From positions 43,934-107,933 of the forward strand of contig JAFUSH010000034.1 in the NCBI GenBank assembly GCA_017471705.1: 64,000 nt of DNA. Direction: 5' to 3'. Position 1 is the first letter of the stretch; each line of letters starts with the position of its first letter. A model generated the notes under the pieces. It searched no databases, was not told where the DNA came from, and saw only the letters and a list, made by a program, of their open reading frames with translations. Made by a program: the position numbers and the translations under genes. Positions 49,211-57,717 of the stretch are shown in pieces. Source of the stretch: Alphaproteobacteria bacterium. Lineage in GTDB: Bacteria; Pseudomonadota; Alphaproteobacteria; RF32; CAG-239.

Positions 49211-51636
49211 ATGAATACGATTTTTTCAGCATATTTGTGCAAGGATTAAACAATATTCAGGTAGCTGTAACGGTAATAGGTATTATTGCCGCGGCTTCGT
49301 TTTCGGTTTTATTGGTGACCAAATTCGGTAATTGGGTGTTGCCGCAACCGAGAGAATCACGGGTTTCAGACTTTTTGCCGTTTCAAAAATTGATGTCCGA
49401 CGGAGTTACCATTCAATGCAGTAACAATTCCTATGCCCGAGTATTCAGATTAGATGGTGTTGATTTATCATCTGCGACCAACGAAAAAGTATATTCTATG
49501 ATGGAAGCGCGGAAGGCGTGGATTGACGATATGTCAAATATGCAGGTAATATGCCGTATTATAACCACCAGAGACAGAGCTTCGTTGGAAAGTGAAAAAC
49601 GCGACTTCGGTAACAAATTGCTGGAAACTGTTTCAAAAATTTGGTATGAAGGGATGAACCGCGTTTATGAGAACAAACACTATATTGTTCTTTCGGTTAT
49701 TGATCGTAAAGACGCCTTGAAGGATTTGAACTACGCATCTCAAAGTTTGATATCTACATTGGGAGAGTATGGGGTAAGTCCTATGTATGAAAGTGATACC
49801 AGCAGTCCGCTTGATAGTCCGTTTTATTTGTTTTCTCATCTTTGCAGTCCGGTTTCCAAACCGACGCCGAAGGTTCGTAATACCGGCGGGGCGCGGATGT
49901 GCGAAATGCTTACGGCTGACCATATTCATTTTACGGAAGAGGAAGGAATTATTCATTTTTTCTCGGGTGACAGCGATTTGTTCGAAATTGTTATGGGAAT
50001 TCGTGTCAGCGGTGAAGCAATGGATGAAAGTATGATATATTCTTTGAACGCCATTGATTGCGAGTTGGTAATATTGCACAATATCAGACCGTTTTTCAGG
50101 GCTGAGGCCAGAGGTTTGTTAATGCAGCAACAGCGTATGGCAATGACTACGAGTTTGTCGGGAGGAGTGGTGGAGCAATACGCCGCGGCTCTGGCTTCAA
50201 TTGATGACAGTGATAATGACTATCAATCGCTGTGTGAATATTCAATGAGCATAATAGTAAAAGGAGCTTCAAAAGAAGAGTTGGATTTCGGAGAATCTGA
50301 AGTACAAAGAATATGCCGTTCTTTCGGTGTTACTCCGGTTCGGGAAGGCTGGGTAACGCAGGCAGTGTTCTTTACGCAATTTCCGACATACGATACTTAC
50401 CCGAGAACTTATCGCTATCTTTCACGCGTTATAGCTATGGCAATAACTATGGATAAACCTGCCGAAGGCTTCGGAAAAAGCGACTGGGGAAAAGGAGCAA
50501 TTACCATTTTCCGCACAATGTCCGGTTCGGCATATCGTTTCCAATTTCACGTAAGCAGTGAAGAATCGGCAGTGGCTCACTGTTGTATTATCGGTCCTAC
50601 CGGTCAAGGTAAAACAACGTTGTTGACATTTTTGGCCGGTCAGGCGATGCGGCACGGTGATTTGAAAGTGTTCTTCTTTGATCGTCACTTAGGTGCGCAA
50701 ATATTCACTCGAGCCGTTAAGGGAGCATATATCGGTTTTGACGGTGACGAAAAAAATGTTTCGCTTAATCCGTTTGATTGCGCAAATACCGCGGAAAACA
50801 GAGCGTTTTTACGTCGTTGGCTGAAGTCTATTACTATGATTGATGATGCTTTGGCCGATCGCGAAGTTTCTCGTGCGGTTACGACTGCTTTTGATTATTT
50901 ACGTCCGGAAGAACGTTTGTTGAAGAATCTGTATAAAAGTTGCTTTTCTCCGACCGGAAATATGCGCAGAGAGCTGTATCGTTGGGTAAATCCGGATCAA
51001 TACGGAGCTATTTTTAACGGTCAGGATGACAGTTTGGATTTGAAGAGCCGGCGCTTTATGGCTTTCGATTTCACACATATTTTTGAAGATGAGAATTTGG
51101 CTCCGGCGGTAATCAGTTACATTATGCACCGTATTCAAGCCGAAACCGGAGAAACCGGCGTTCCGTCATTGATCATGATTGATGAAACGGCGCCAATGCT
51201 GAAGCACCCGATGTTTAGAGATTATTTCATTATAGGTTTGCAAGAAGGACGTAAGAAACGTCAGGCTTACTTATGTGCGTTCCAACAACCTAACATTGTA
51301 GATAAATTGGGCGTGGGCGAAGTTATTCGCGGTCAATGTCAAACGGTTATTTTCTTCAGAAATCCGCAAGCACAACCCGATGATTATGCTAACTGGAATT
51401 TGACGCAAAATGAGCTTGATTTTATATTCGGTAAGAGTTACCGCGATTTTCCGTATGCCATACTGCTTTCCCGACCTGTTACCGGAGAATCGGTGATATT
51501 GGATGTTAATTTGGGCGGTTTGGGTAAATATCTGCGAGTTTATAACTCAGGTCGTAAGAATGTGTTGTTGGTTCAGCAGCTTATCCAAGAGTACGGCGAA
51601 GATAACTTCCTCACGAAATATTTGGATTTCTCATAA
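49207..51636 (+). CDS. virB4: type IV secretion system ATPase VirB4
   Basis: 809 aa. Walker A IIGPTGQGKTTLL, Walker B LIMIDETAPM, VirB4/CagE/TrbE domain order. Confidence 0.9.
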   Translation: MNEYDFFSIFVQGLNNIQVAVTVIGIIAAASFSVLLVTKFGNWVLPQPRESRVSDFLPFQKLMSDGVTIQCSNNSYARVFRLDGVDLSSATNEKVYSMMEARKAWIDDMSNMQVICRIITTRDRASLESEKRDFGNKLLETVSKIWYEGMNRVYENKHYIVLSVIDRKDALKDLNYASQSLISTLGEYGVSPMYESDTSSPLDSPFYLFSHLCSPVSKPTPKVRNTGGARMCEMLTADHIHFTEEEGIIHFFSGDSDLFEIVMGIRVSGEAMDESMIYSLNAIDCELVILHNIRPFFRAEARGLLMQQQRMAMTTSLSGGVVEQYAAALASIDDSDNDYQSLCEYSMSIIVKGASKEELDFGESEVQRICRSFGVTPVREGWVTQAVFFTQFPTYDTYPRTYRYLSRVIAMAITMDKPAEGFGKSDWGKGAITIFRTMSGSAYRFQFHVSSEESAVAHCCIIGPTGQGKTTLLTFLAGQAMRHGDLKVFFFDRHLGAQIFTRAVKGAYIGFDGDEKNVSLNPFDCANTAENRAFLRRWLKSITMIDDALADREVSRAVTTAFDYLRPEERLLKNLYKSCFSPTGNMRRELYRWVNPDQYGAIFNGQDDSLDLKSRRFMAFDFTHIFEDENLAPAVISYIMHRIQAETGETGVPSLIMIDETAPMLKHPMFRDYFIIGLQEGRKKRQAYLCAFQQPNIVDKLGVGEVIRGQCQTVIFFRNPQAQPDDYANWNLTQNELDFIFGKSYRDFPYAILLSRPVTGESVILDVNLGGLGKYLRVYNSGRKNVLLVQQLIQEYGEDNFLTKYLDFS

Positions 51637-51739
51637 TTGCTGATTTTGTATGCTGCGATCTACGGTGCTCTCTATGAAGTCGTTCCTCGCACGATGCAGT
51701 ACATTCTGCGTCAAGGAATCTGACCTTTCAACGTATAGC

Positions 51740-52040
51740 GTTGCTTCTGATTTCGCGTCATTCTGAACCCTGAGCATAGCGAATGGGTGAAGAATCCATT
51801 TCGTTCCGCCGGAACGAAACAACGCCATCGGCGTTGCTGGATACTTCGCCGCCAATGCGGCTCAGTATGACGATAAAAAGTCAGCGTTGCTTCTTTATTA
51901 TTTAATCGGAAGATCCTCTGATTTTTGCTTTTGGTCACAAAAGCAAAAAAGGGATGACTTTATTGTTATATTTTAGTCGGAAGCCTCTCTGACGATTCCT
52001 GCGGAATCGAGGGGTGACTTTATTATCTTTATAGTAATAT
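51740..52040. repeat. structured intergenic element with a 22-bp perfect palindrome, a long-range imperfect inverted repeat and a degenerate ~60-bp tandem duplication
   Basis: ATTTCGTTCCGCCGGAACGAAA (51798-51819). CGTCATTCTGAACCCTGAGC versus GCTCAGTATGACG. Units AATCGGAAGATCCTCTGA...GGGATGACTTTATTGTTAT and AGTCGGAAGCCTCTCTGA...GGGGTGACTTTATTATCTTT. GC-enriched relative to the flanks. Confidence 0.4.
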
Positions 52041-52226
52041 CTCCGAATGCACGGTGAAGTAAATTGGTCAATATTCTTAATAATAGACAATTTGTCCATT
52101 AAAATGTAACAAAAATTTAACATTTTTTTTATTAAAATTGTGATACACTAATAAAAGGAGAATGGGTTTACTTTGCGCTGAAGATATGTTAGCATAAGAA
52201 TATCTGGGCACTACAGGGAGGTTATT

Positions 52227-53453
52227 ATGATGGTAAATACAAAGAGATTCAATATTTTGGCCGGCGTTGCCTTTATGATAACGTTTGCGGCGCCTGATGC
52301 AAAAGCTTTTCCGTTGCTTTGTGGGGATCCTTCCCGTTTAGTAGCCAGCGCTAAGGTTACAATGCAGGAAATTATGATAATCAAGCAAGAAGTTGAGAGT
52401 AATCTGCGAATCATTGAAGAAATTCGCAACGGTGGCTTTGCCGCAGCCGGTGCGATGATTTTCGAGAAAATTCAAAACGGTGATTATGATCGCTTCGGTA
52501 AAGCTTTGAGTAATGTTAAAACCAATGCGCAGGATATGGCACATAATGTGGCGGAACGTGAAGAAAGAGCTAAAAGGGAAAAAGAGCTGAGAGAAAGCGG
52601 TATGAGCGCTAAAGAAGCTAAGGCTAAGGCTCAACAAGAATCCGCCGAGAGAATGGTAGAATGGCAGAAAAAACAAGACGAAGCCAGAGAAAAAGCTAAA
52701 TCTGAGCGCGGTTCAAACGCTTTTACAAATTCGTATAACTGGCTGAAAAATAATCAATCATTTACCAGCGGCGCCAGCACTGCTTTAAGAGGTGTTGACA
52801 GCGGCAATTGGGGACAGGCTTTAAGCGGTGCGGCAGGTGCCACCGGAGGTGCAATCAACAGCGGCGGCGAATCCACACTCGGAAACATTTTCCAAAATGC
52901 GGCAGGCGGTGCCGGAAATGCTCTGAACAGCGCGCTTGACGGCAATTGGGGTAATGCCTTTAATGCAGCGGCCGGAGGCGCCGGTTCCGCAATTGGCGGC
53001 GCGACTGGATCCGAAGGTATCGGTAATACCATCGGTGCGATTGGTAATATAGGCGCCGGTGCTTATGATGCTATCAGCAGCGGCGATGGTTTCGGCGGTA
53101 CCGTAAATAATTTAATTAATAACAACCAGATAAACTCCGGACTTACCGGTTTAGAGAACGGCTATAATCAAACACAGGAAGAGCGCGAGGCCGCGCTTAA
53201 AGCTCAAGAAGAAGCTGCGAAAAAACAAGCCGAGGAATTAAAAAAAGGATTAGACGAACAGATAAAGAAGGATCAAGAAGAGAGAAAGAAAGAGCAACAG
53301 AAAAAATGTCAGGAATGCCGTAAAAATGCTCAAGCCGGAGCAGAAGCTGCGGCGAAGGCTGCCGGTAAAACGGGATTGGCGGCTCAAGCAGATGCAGAAG
53401 CAAGGGTTAATAGCCAATGTTTAAGTGCTTGCGGTGGTTTTTCAGGTATGTAA
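52227..53453 (+). CDS. secreted coiled-coil / glycine-rich GNWG-repeat protein with C-terminal CxxC...CxxxC motif (paralog A)
   Basis: Signal peptide, an N-terminal coiled coil, two ~47-aa Gly/Ala/Asn repeats (GNWGQALSGAAGATGG...; GNWGNAFNAAAGGAG...), a Lys/Glu coiled coil, and a C-terminal CQEC...CLSACGG. Confidence 0.6.
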   Translation: MMVNTKRFNILAGVAFMITFAAPDAKAFPLLCGDPSRLVASAKVTMQEIMIIKQEVESNLRIIEEIRNGGFAAAGAMIFEKIQNGDYDRFGKALSNVKTNAQDMAHNVAEREERAKREKELRESGMSAKEAKAKAQQESAERMVEWQKKQDEAREKAKSERGSNAFTNSYNWLKNNQSFTSGASTALRGVDSGNWGQALSGAAGATGGAINSGGESTLGNIFQNAAGGAGNALNSALDGNWGNAFNAAAGGAGSAIGGATGSEGIGNTIGAIGNIGAGAYDAISSGDGFGGTVNNLINNNQINSGLTGLENGYNQTQEEREAALKAQEEAAKKQAEELKKGLDEQIKKDQEERKKEQQKKCQECRKNAQAGAEAAAKAAGKTGLAAQADAEARVNSQCLSACGGFSGM

Positions 53454-53465
53454 AGGAGCAAAACA

Positions 53466-54740
53466 ATGAAGAATAAAATATTAAACAGAATCTTATTTTT
53501 AACAGTTATTTCGGTAATGGTATTGCCCCTTCCGTACACAGTATCGGCGCAGACATTTACACCGCCGACTAGTAATGATGATCCGATTGACGGCGGTTCT
53601 ATCGGTGAAGTTGTGGTTACAGGCAAGAAACCTACATATACGGCGAATTTCAGCGGATTTAATCCTACTCCGCTGGATGGAGCAACTATCCCGACCATAA
53701 ATGTTACGGCAACTGCTCCTGCTCCTGTTGTCACTTCAGATGGTAATGATGATCCGATTGACGGCGGTTCTATCGGTGAGGTTGTGGTTACAGGCAAAAA
53801 ACCTACATATACGGCGAATTTCAGCGGTTTCAATCCTACTCCGCTGGATGGAGCAACTATCCCGACCATAAATGTGGGTAATTCTTATGACGGTCCGAGT
53901 GAAGAAGATGGAGAAGAAGGCACTGCAGGTGAGAGCTATACAATGACTTCGACTGTTCGTACGAATGATAACGGTAGTATAAACGAAACTACGGACAGCA
54001 GTTCATTTACAATAACCGACGGCGGAACAGGAAATGGTACAGATTTATCTGCAGCAATCGCCAATGCTGGCGGTAATATAGTTCCGGATCCAACGACTAC
54101 AACTATTAATCCCAGTGATGTAAAAATAGATAATTTACCGCAGCCGACAACTACAACGGTAAAGGAAGAGGAAGATTTAAGTCAGTATACCGGTTTGTAT
54201 AACGGTCGTCAGTTATTACCGGATATTATGGCGAGACATTGCCGAATTAAAGGTGAAGATGTTGCTAAAGATGTAAGTTTGTATGTTGAATGTATCAAAC
54301 AGTATGTTTCGGAAATGAACAGTTCCAATGCGGCGGCAAAAGCTAAAGCTCAGGAAGAATTTGAGATATTGCGTTATAAAGGATTGTTGGATATGGCTTC
54401 CAATGCGATGACCAAGTCGCAAAGTGTTCTCAATTATGAAAACACGATGAACGAATACAATAAAGCTGATCAGGATATGCAGACCGAATTTGACGATAAT
54501 CACGCTTTGATAGCAACAATGTCGTTTATTACCGATGTTATGAACAGTTTCAGAGAACTGCAGGCTGAACAACTTAAGTATTTGGCGATAAGCGGTATTG
54601 TTAACGTTGATCCGGCGGTTGTTTTGGCAGATGAAGAAGAGGAAGAACCGGAAGAAAAGAAACCTGCATCAACAAACGGTAATGCTGGAGATGCGGAAAT
54701 ACATACCACGGAAGCAAATACCACGATTAAACATAATTAA
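53466..54740 (+). CDS. secreted protein with a 57-aa tandem repeat, a Thr-rich linker and a C-terminal helical domain
   Basis: Signal peptide. The unit NDDPIDGGSIGEVVVTGKKPTYTANFSGFNPTPLDGATIPTINV occurs twice. PTTTT linkers and an acidic tail. Confidence 0.6.
   Translation: MKNKILNRILFLTVISVMVLPLPYTVSAQTFTPPTSNDDPIDGGSIGEVVVTGKKPTYTANFSGFNPTPLDGATIPTINVTATAPAPVVTSDGNDDPIDGGSIGEVVVTGKKPTYTANFSGFNPTPLDGATIPTINVGNSYDGPSEEDGEEGTAGESYTMTSTVRTNDNGSINETTDSSSFTITDGGTGNGTDLSAAIANAGGNIVPDPTTTTINPSDVKIDNLPQPTTTTVKEEEDLSQYTGLYNGRQLLPDIMARHCRIKGEDVAKDVSLYVECIKQYVSEMNSSNAAAKAKAQEEFEILRYKGLLDMASNAMTKSQSVLNYENTMNEYNKADQDMQTEFDDNHALIATMSFITDVMNSFRELQAEQLKYLAISGIVNVDPAVVLADEEEEEPEEKKPASTNGNAGDAEIHTTEANTTIKHN
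53571..53876 (+). repeat. two 135-bp near-identical direct repeats (53571-53705 and 53742-53876) inside a coding region
   Basis: About 5 mismatches over 135 bp. The 171-bp period is in frame. Confidence 0.8.
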
Positions 54741-54778
54741 CTGACTGCAGGGAAACTAGAACGGAGGGAGATGGAATT

Positions 54779-56422
54779 ATGAATAAGAGAATGTTAGCAA
54801 TATTCATTGCCGCAGCGCTGGTAGTTTTTCCGAAAACCTCCAAGGCCGATTTGGATGTACTGTCTATTGCCCAAGATCAAATAACGTCAATTACGGAAAA
54901 AGTCGGTGCTATTGTTAAAAAATATACGCAAATTCAAGCAAGTTTGCAGGAATTGAGCTTAAACCGTAATATTGTGTCGCAGTTGAAGGATAAAGTAAAA
55001 TCAGAATTAAAGTCAAGAGCTATGGCTTTTTACGGAGATTTGAAAGATATGGCAATGGCGGAAGGAATGGCATTTCTGAAAACTTCTTTAAGCAGTGTGT
55101 CGTTACCGGGGGTCGGTCAATACATCGATTTGGGAGGCTTTATTAATCCGAAACTGACGGTGGCAGTCGGCAAAACTTATTTAAAGAAAAAGCATAAAAA
55201 GAATGATGTACAAAGTACTGTGGCGCAAGATGAGCGCAGTAACAATCTGATGATAGATAATTTATCTGTTTTATTTGCCAACAGTTTGGTTCGTCGTAAG
55301 CAGATTATAGAAGAAGATCCTTGCAGTTGCGTTGCCGAAGCAGGCAGAGATTGCAGCGAAGAAAAACAAAAATGTGAAGATCAAGAAAAAGAATTTAATG
55401 AAATGAGCGATATCAATGTTGTAAAGAATAAACAGTATGGAGTTATGCTTAACGCTAATCATCGCTGGTTAAAAATTAAAGAAGCGGTTGCAATGTATGC
55501 AAAGATGAAAGGCGAGGCAATGATGAATCAGGGTAATATAGATGATATCAGTGCTATAACCGGTGAAATAGAAGATGAGGAAGAAGAGGATGACACCGGT
55601 GAAGATGCAGTTCAGGCTTTAATGCAAAACAAAATCAATCCGTTGGATTTGACGAATTCAGTGAAAGACAGTTTAAATAAAATTAAAAGCGGCGATTATA
55701 CAGGTGCTTTTGCCGGCGCAATGGGGACAGCTACCGATTTATACGGTAATGCTCCCGGCAGTTGGGATAGTGTTACTAAAGCTATGCAAGAAGTTACCAC
55801 CGGTGCAGGTGCTTTGAATAATGCTTACCATAATGCCGAGAACGGAAACTGGGGCGGCGCGCTTAATTCAGCTTTAGGCGGTGCCGGAAATATTGTAGGA
55901 AGTACCGGTAATGAAGGGTTGGGTAATATATTCAATAATGCCGCCGGAGGAGCCGGAAACGCGCTTAACTCTGCACTTAGCGGAAACTGGGGCGCGGCCA
56001 TAGGCAATGCGGCAGGCGGCGCCGGAAATGCAATCAGCGGTAGCGGTAATGATGTTTTGGGCAGTTCAATCGGTGCGGTCGGAAGTTTAGTTAATGTCGG
56101 AGTAAATGCGGCAAATGCCGGCGGAAATTTAGGCGATATTATTGATAACACCGTGGGCAACAGTCAAGCTCAAGGAGCGTTGAATGCATTGTATGGTGCG
56201 TATGATGCGCAAAATACGCAAAACGCGGCCATTGTAGAAGCTCAGCAAAAAGCGGAAGAAGAACGTAATAAAAAATTTGAAGAAATGAAAAAACAGCAAG
56301 AAGAAGAGATGAAAAAGCGCAAGCAGGCTGAGTGCAAAAAATGCAATGAAGATAATGAAGCTTTGTTAAAAGCGGGCAAGCCGCTATCATCGCTCAAATC
56401 TTGTATCGGTGTTTGTATGTGA
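54779..56422 (+). CDS. secreted coiled-coil / glycine-rich GNWG-repeat protein with C-terminal CxxC...CxxxC motif (paralog B)
   Basis: Signal peptide, a VirB5/TrbJ-like N-terminal coiled coil, a mid Cys cluster CSC...C...C, and GNWGGALNSALGGAGN.../GNWGAAIGNAAGGAGN... repeats that resemble paralog A at the DNA level. C-terminal CKKC...CIGVC. Confidence 0.6.
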   Translation: MNKRMLAIFIAAALVVFPKTSKADLDVLSIAQDQITSITEKVGAIVKKYTQIQASLQELSLNRNIVSQLKDKVKSELKSRAMAFYGDLKDMAMAEGMAFLKTSLSSVSLPGVGQYIDLGGFINPKLTVAVGKTYLKKKHKKNDVQSTVAQDERSNNLMIDNLSVLFANSLVRRKQIIEEDPCSCVAEAGRDCSEEKQKCEDQEKEFNEMSDINVVKNKQYGVMLNANHRWLKIKEAVAMYAKMKGEAMMNQGNIDDISAITGEIEDEEEEDDTGEDAVQALMQNKINPLDLTNSVKDSLNKIKSGDYTGAFAGAMGTATDLYGNAPGSWDSVTKAMQEVTTGAGALNNAYHNAENGNWGGALNSALGGAGNIVGSTGNEGLGNIFNNAAGGAGNALNSALSGNWGAAIGNAAGGAGNAISGSGNDVLGSSIGAVGSLVNVGVNAANAGGNLGDIIDNTVGNSQAQGALNALYGAYDAQNTQNAAIVEAQQKAEEERNKKFEEMKKQQEEEMKKRKQAECKKCNEDNEALLKAGKPLSSLKSCIGVCM

Positions 56423-56439
56423 TAAGGGAGGACAAGGGT

Positions 56440-57705
56440 ATGAAAAAATATAATAAAAAGATTTTAATACTTGTAGCCGTTTCTTATCTGTCGGTGACTG
56501 CTCCGGCAATGGCTGTAACCAAATTGGAAGCTACAGGACCGGCTGCCGATATTGTTAACAAAATTCAGAAAGTTAAAGAAAAGTTCGAAGATATTCAAAC
56601 AAAGATAATGAAGGAGAAGGAAAAGTGGACCAAAAAGGCAGAGGCTTTCTTGGATAAAACACTTGGAACCGAAGGCGCGGCTTTGTTTAAGCAATATGTT
56701 GTAGAACCGGGAGCCGGTATTGTTAAAAGTGTTGCTAAAGGTCAGTATAACGCAGGTGATTTCAGTTTAAGCGGGTTTACCAGCGCCATAAAATCGGAAC
56801 TTGGCAATTACAAACTTGATTTTGCAACTTTGGTGTCGCAAGCAAAAGATATGGCTAATACTGCGGCCAAAGCCAGACTTGAAAAGAGCAGAGCCATTGA
56901 AATTCAAGTTGCTAAGCTGCAATCTGAATGGGATGCAAAGAATAATCTTAATGCAACCGTGAAGTCGGCTCAGTTGGAAGCAGAACTTGAAGAATTGGCT
57001 AAAAGAATATCTGGATTGAAAGAGCAAGCGGCTCAACTAAACAATAAGACGCTTGAGGAAACCGAAGCTCAAAAGAAAATGCAGGAAAAGATGGTGGCAA
57101 TGCAGGATTTGATGGCAAGTTACAGCGGTAAAATATCTCAGGATGATTTACTTAAAAAACTTAATGCCGAGGCAATGTCATTGTTCACGCTTAAAACCGA
57201 TGAAGAAGAAGATCAGGCGATATATTCTGCCAGTATGGAAAAGCTGTTTTTAGGTAAGTATGATTTCGGAACATCTGAGAATTTGGCGAGAATTCGCCGC
57301 GCTCGTCAGGAAGAATATTATAAGTCCGAAAAGAATATTCTCAAAGTTATTGTCGAAACTTATAACAGTATTGAAAATACCGAACAAAACATAAAAGGCT
57401 GTACGCAGGCAAGCGGAGAAGCACAGGCTATATTCGGCGGCAGTGCTATGCGTGTATGTGTCGATGTTCAGATAATAAAGATAGCAGCACAATATATGGA
57501 AATGTTATTGGCGCAAATTCAACAGGAAGCCAGTTTGGAGATTCAAAACTGGGCGGATATATACAAATTACCGGATTACAACCGTGATTATACCAAGTTT
57601 AATTTGGATGATTACGTTCTGACCAAAGATGACCTGAAAAAGAATTTGAAAAGTATGGCAACCGGAGCCATCGGTGATGCAATGATGAAATTTAAAGGTT
57701 TTTAA
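56440..57705 (+). CDS. secreted coiled-coil protein (421 aa)
   Basis: Signal MKKYNKKILILVAVSYLSVTAPAMA. GGGAGG RBS before the ATG at 56440. Long helical heptad regions and two Cys. Confidence 0.55.
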   Translation: MKKYNKKILILVAVSYLSVTAPAMAVTKLEATGPAADIVNKIQKVKEKFEDIQTKIMKEKEKWTKKAEAFLDKTLGTEGAALFKQYVVEPGAGIVKSVAKGQYNAGDFSLSGFTSAIKSELGNYKLDFATLVSQAKDMANTAAKARLEKSRAIEIQVAKLQSEWDAKNNLNATVKSAQLEAELEELAKRISGLKEQAAQLNNKTLEETEAQKKMQEKMVAMQDLMASYSGKISQDDLLKKLNAEAMSLFTLKTDEEEDQAIYSASMEKLFLGKYDFGTSENLARIRRARQEEYYKSEKNILKVIVETYNSIENTEQNIKGCTQASGEAQAIFGGSAMRVCVDVQIIKIAAQYMEMLLAQIQQEASLEIQNWADIYKLPDYNRDYTKFNLDDYVLTKDDLKKNLKSMATGAIGDAMMKFKGF

Positions 57706-57717
57706 GAGAGGTGTGAA

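Noticed and set aside
51631-51938. Two overlapping minus-strand ORFs (74 and 75 aa) in the virB4 downstream spacer.
   Set aside because: They have no RBS. The region is dominated by palindromes and tandem repeats, so it is better explained as a structured non-coding element.
52754-53032. Minus-strand ORF (92 aa, Pro/Ala-rich) antisense to the GNWG-repeat region. A similar one lies at 55825-56160.
   Set aside because: It arises from translating GC-rich glycine-codon repeats in reverse. It has no RBS and is fully embedded in a sense ORF with a signal peptide and coherent domain structure.
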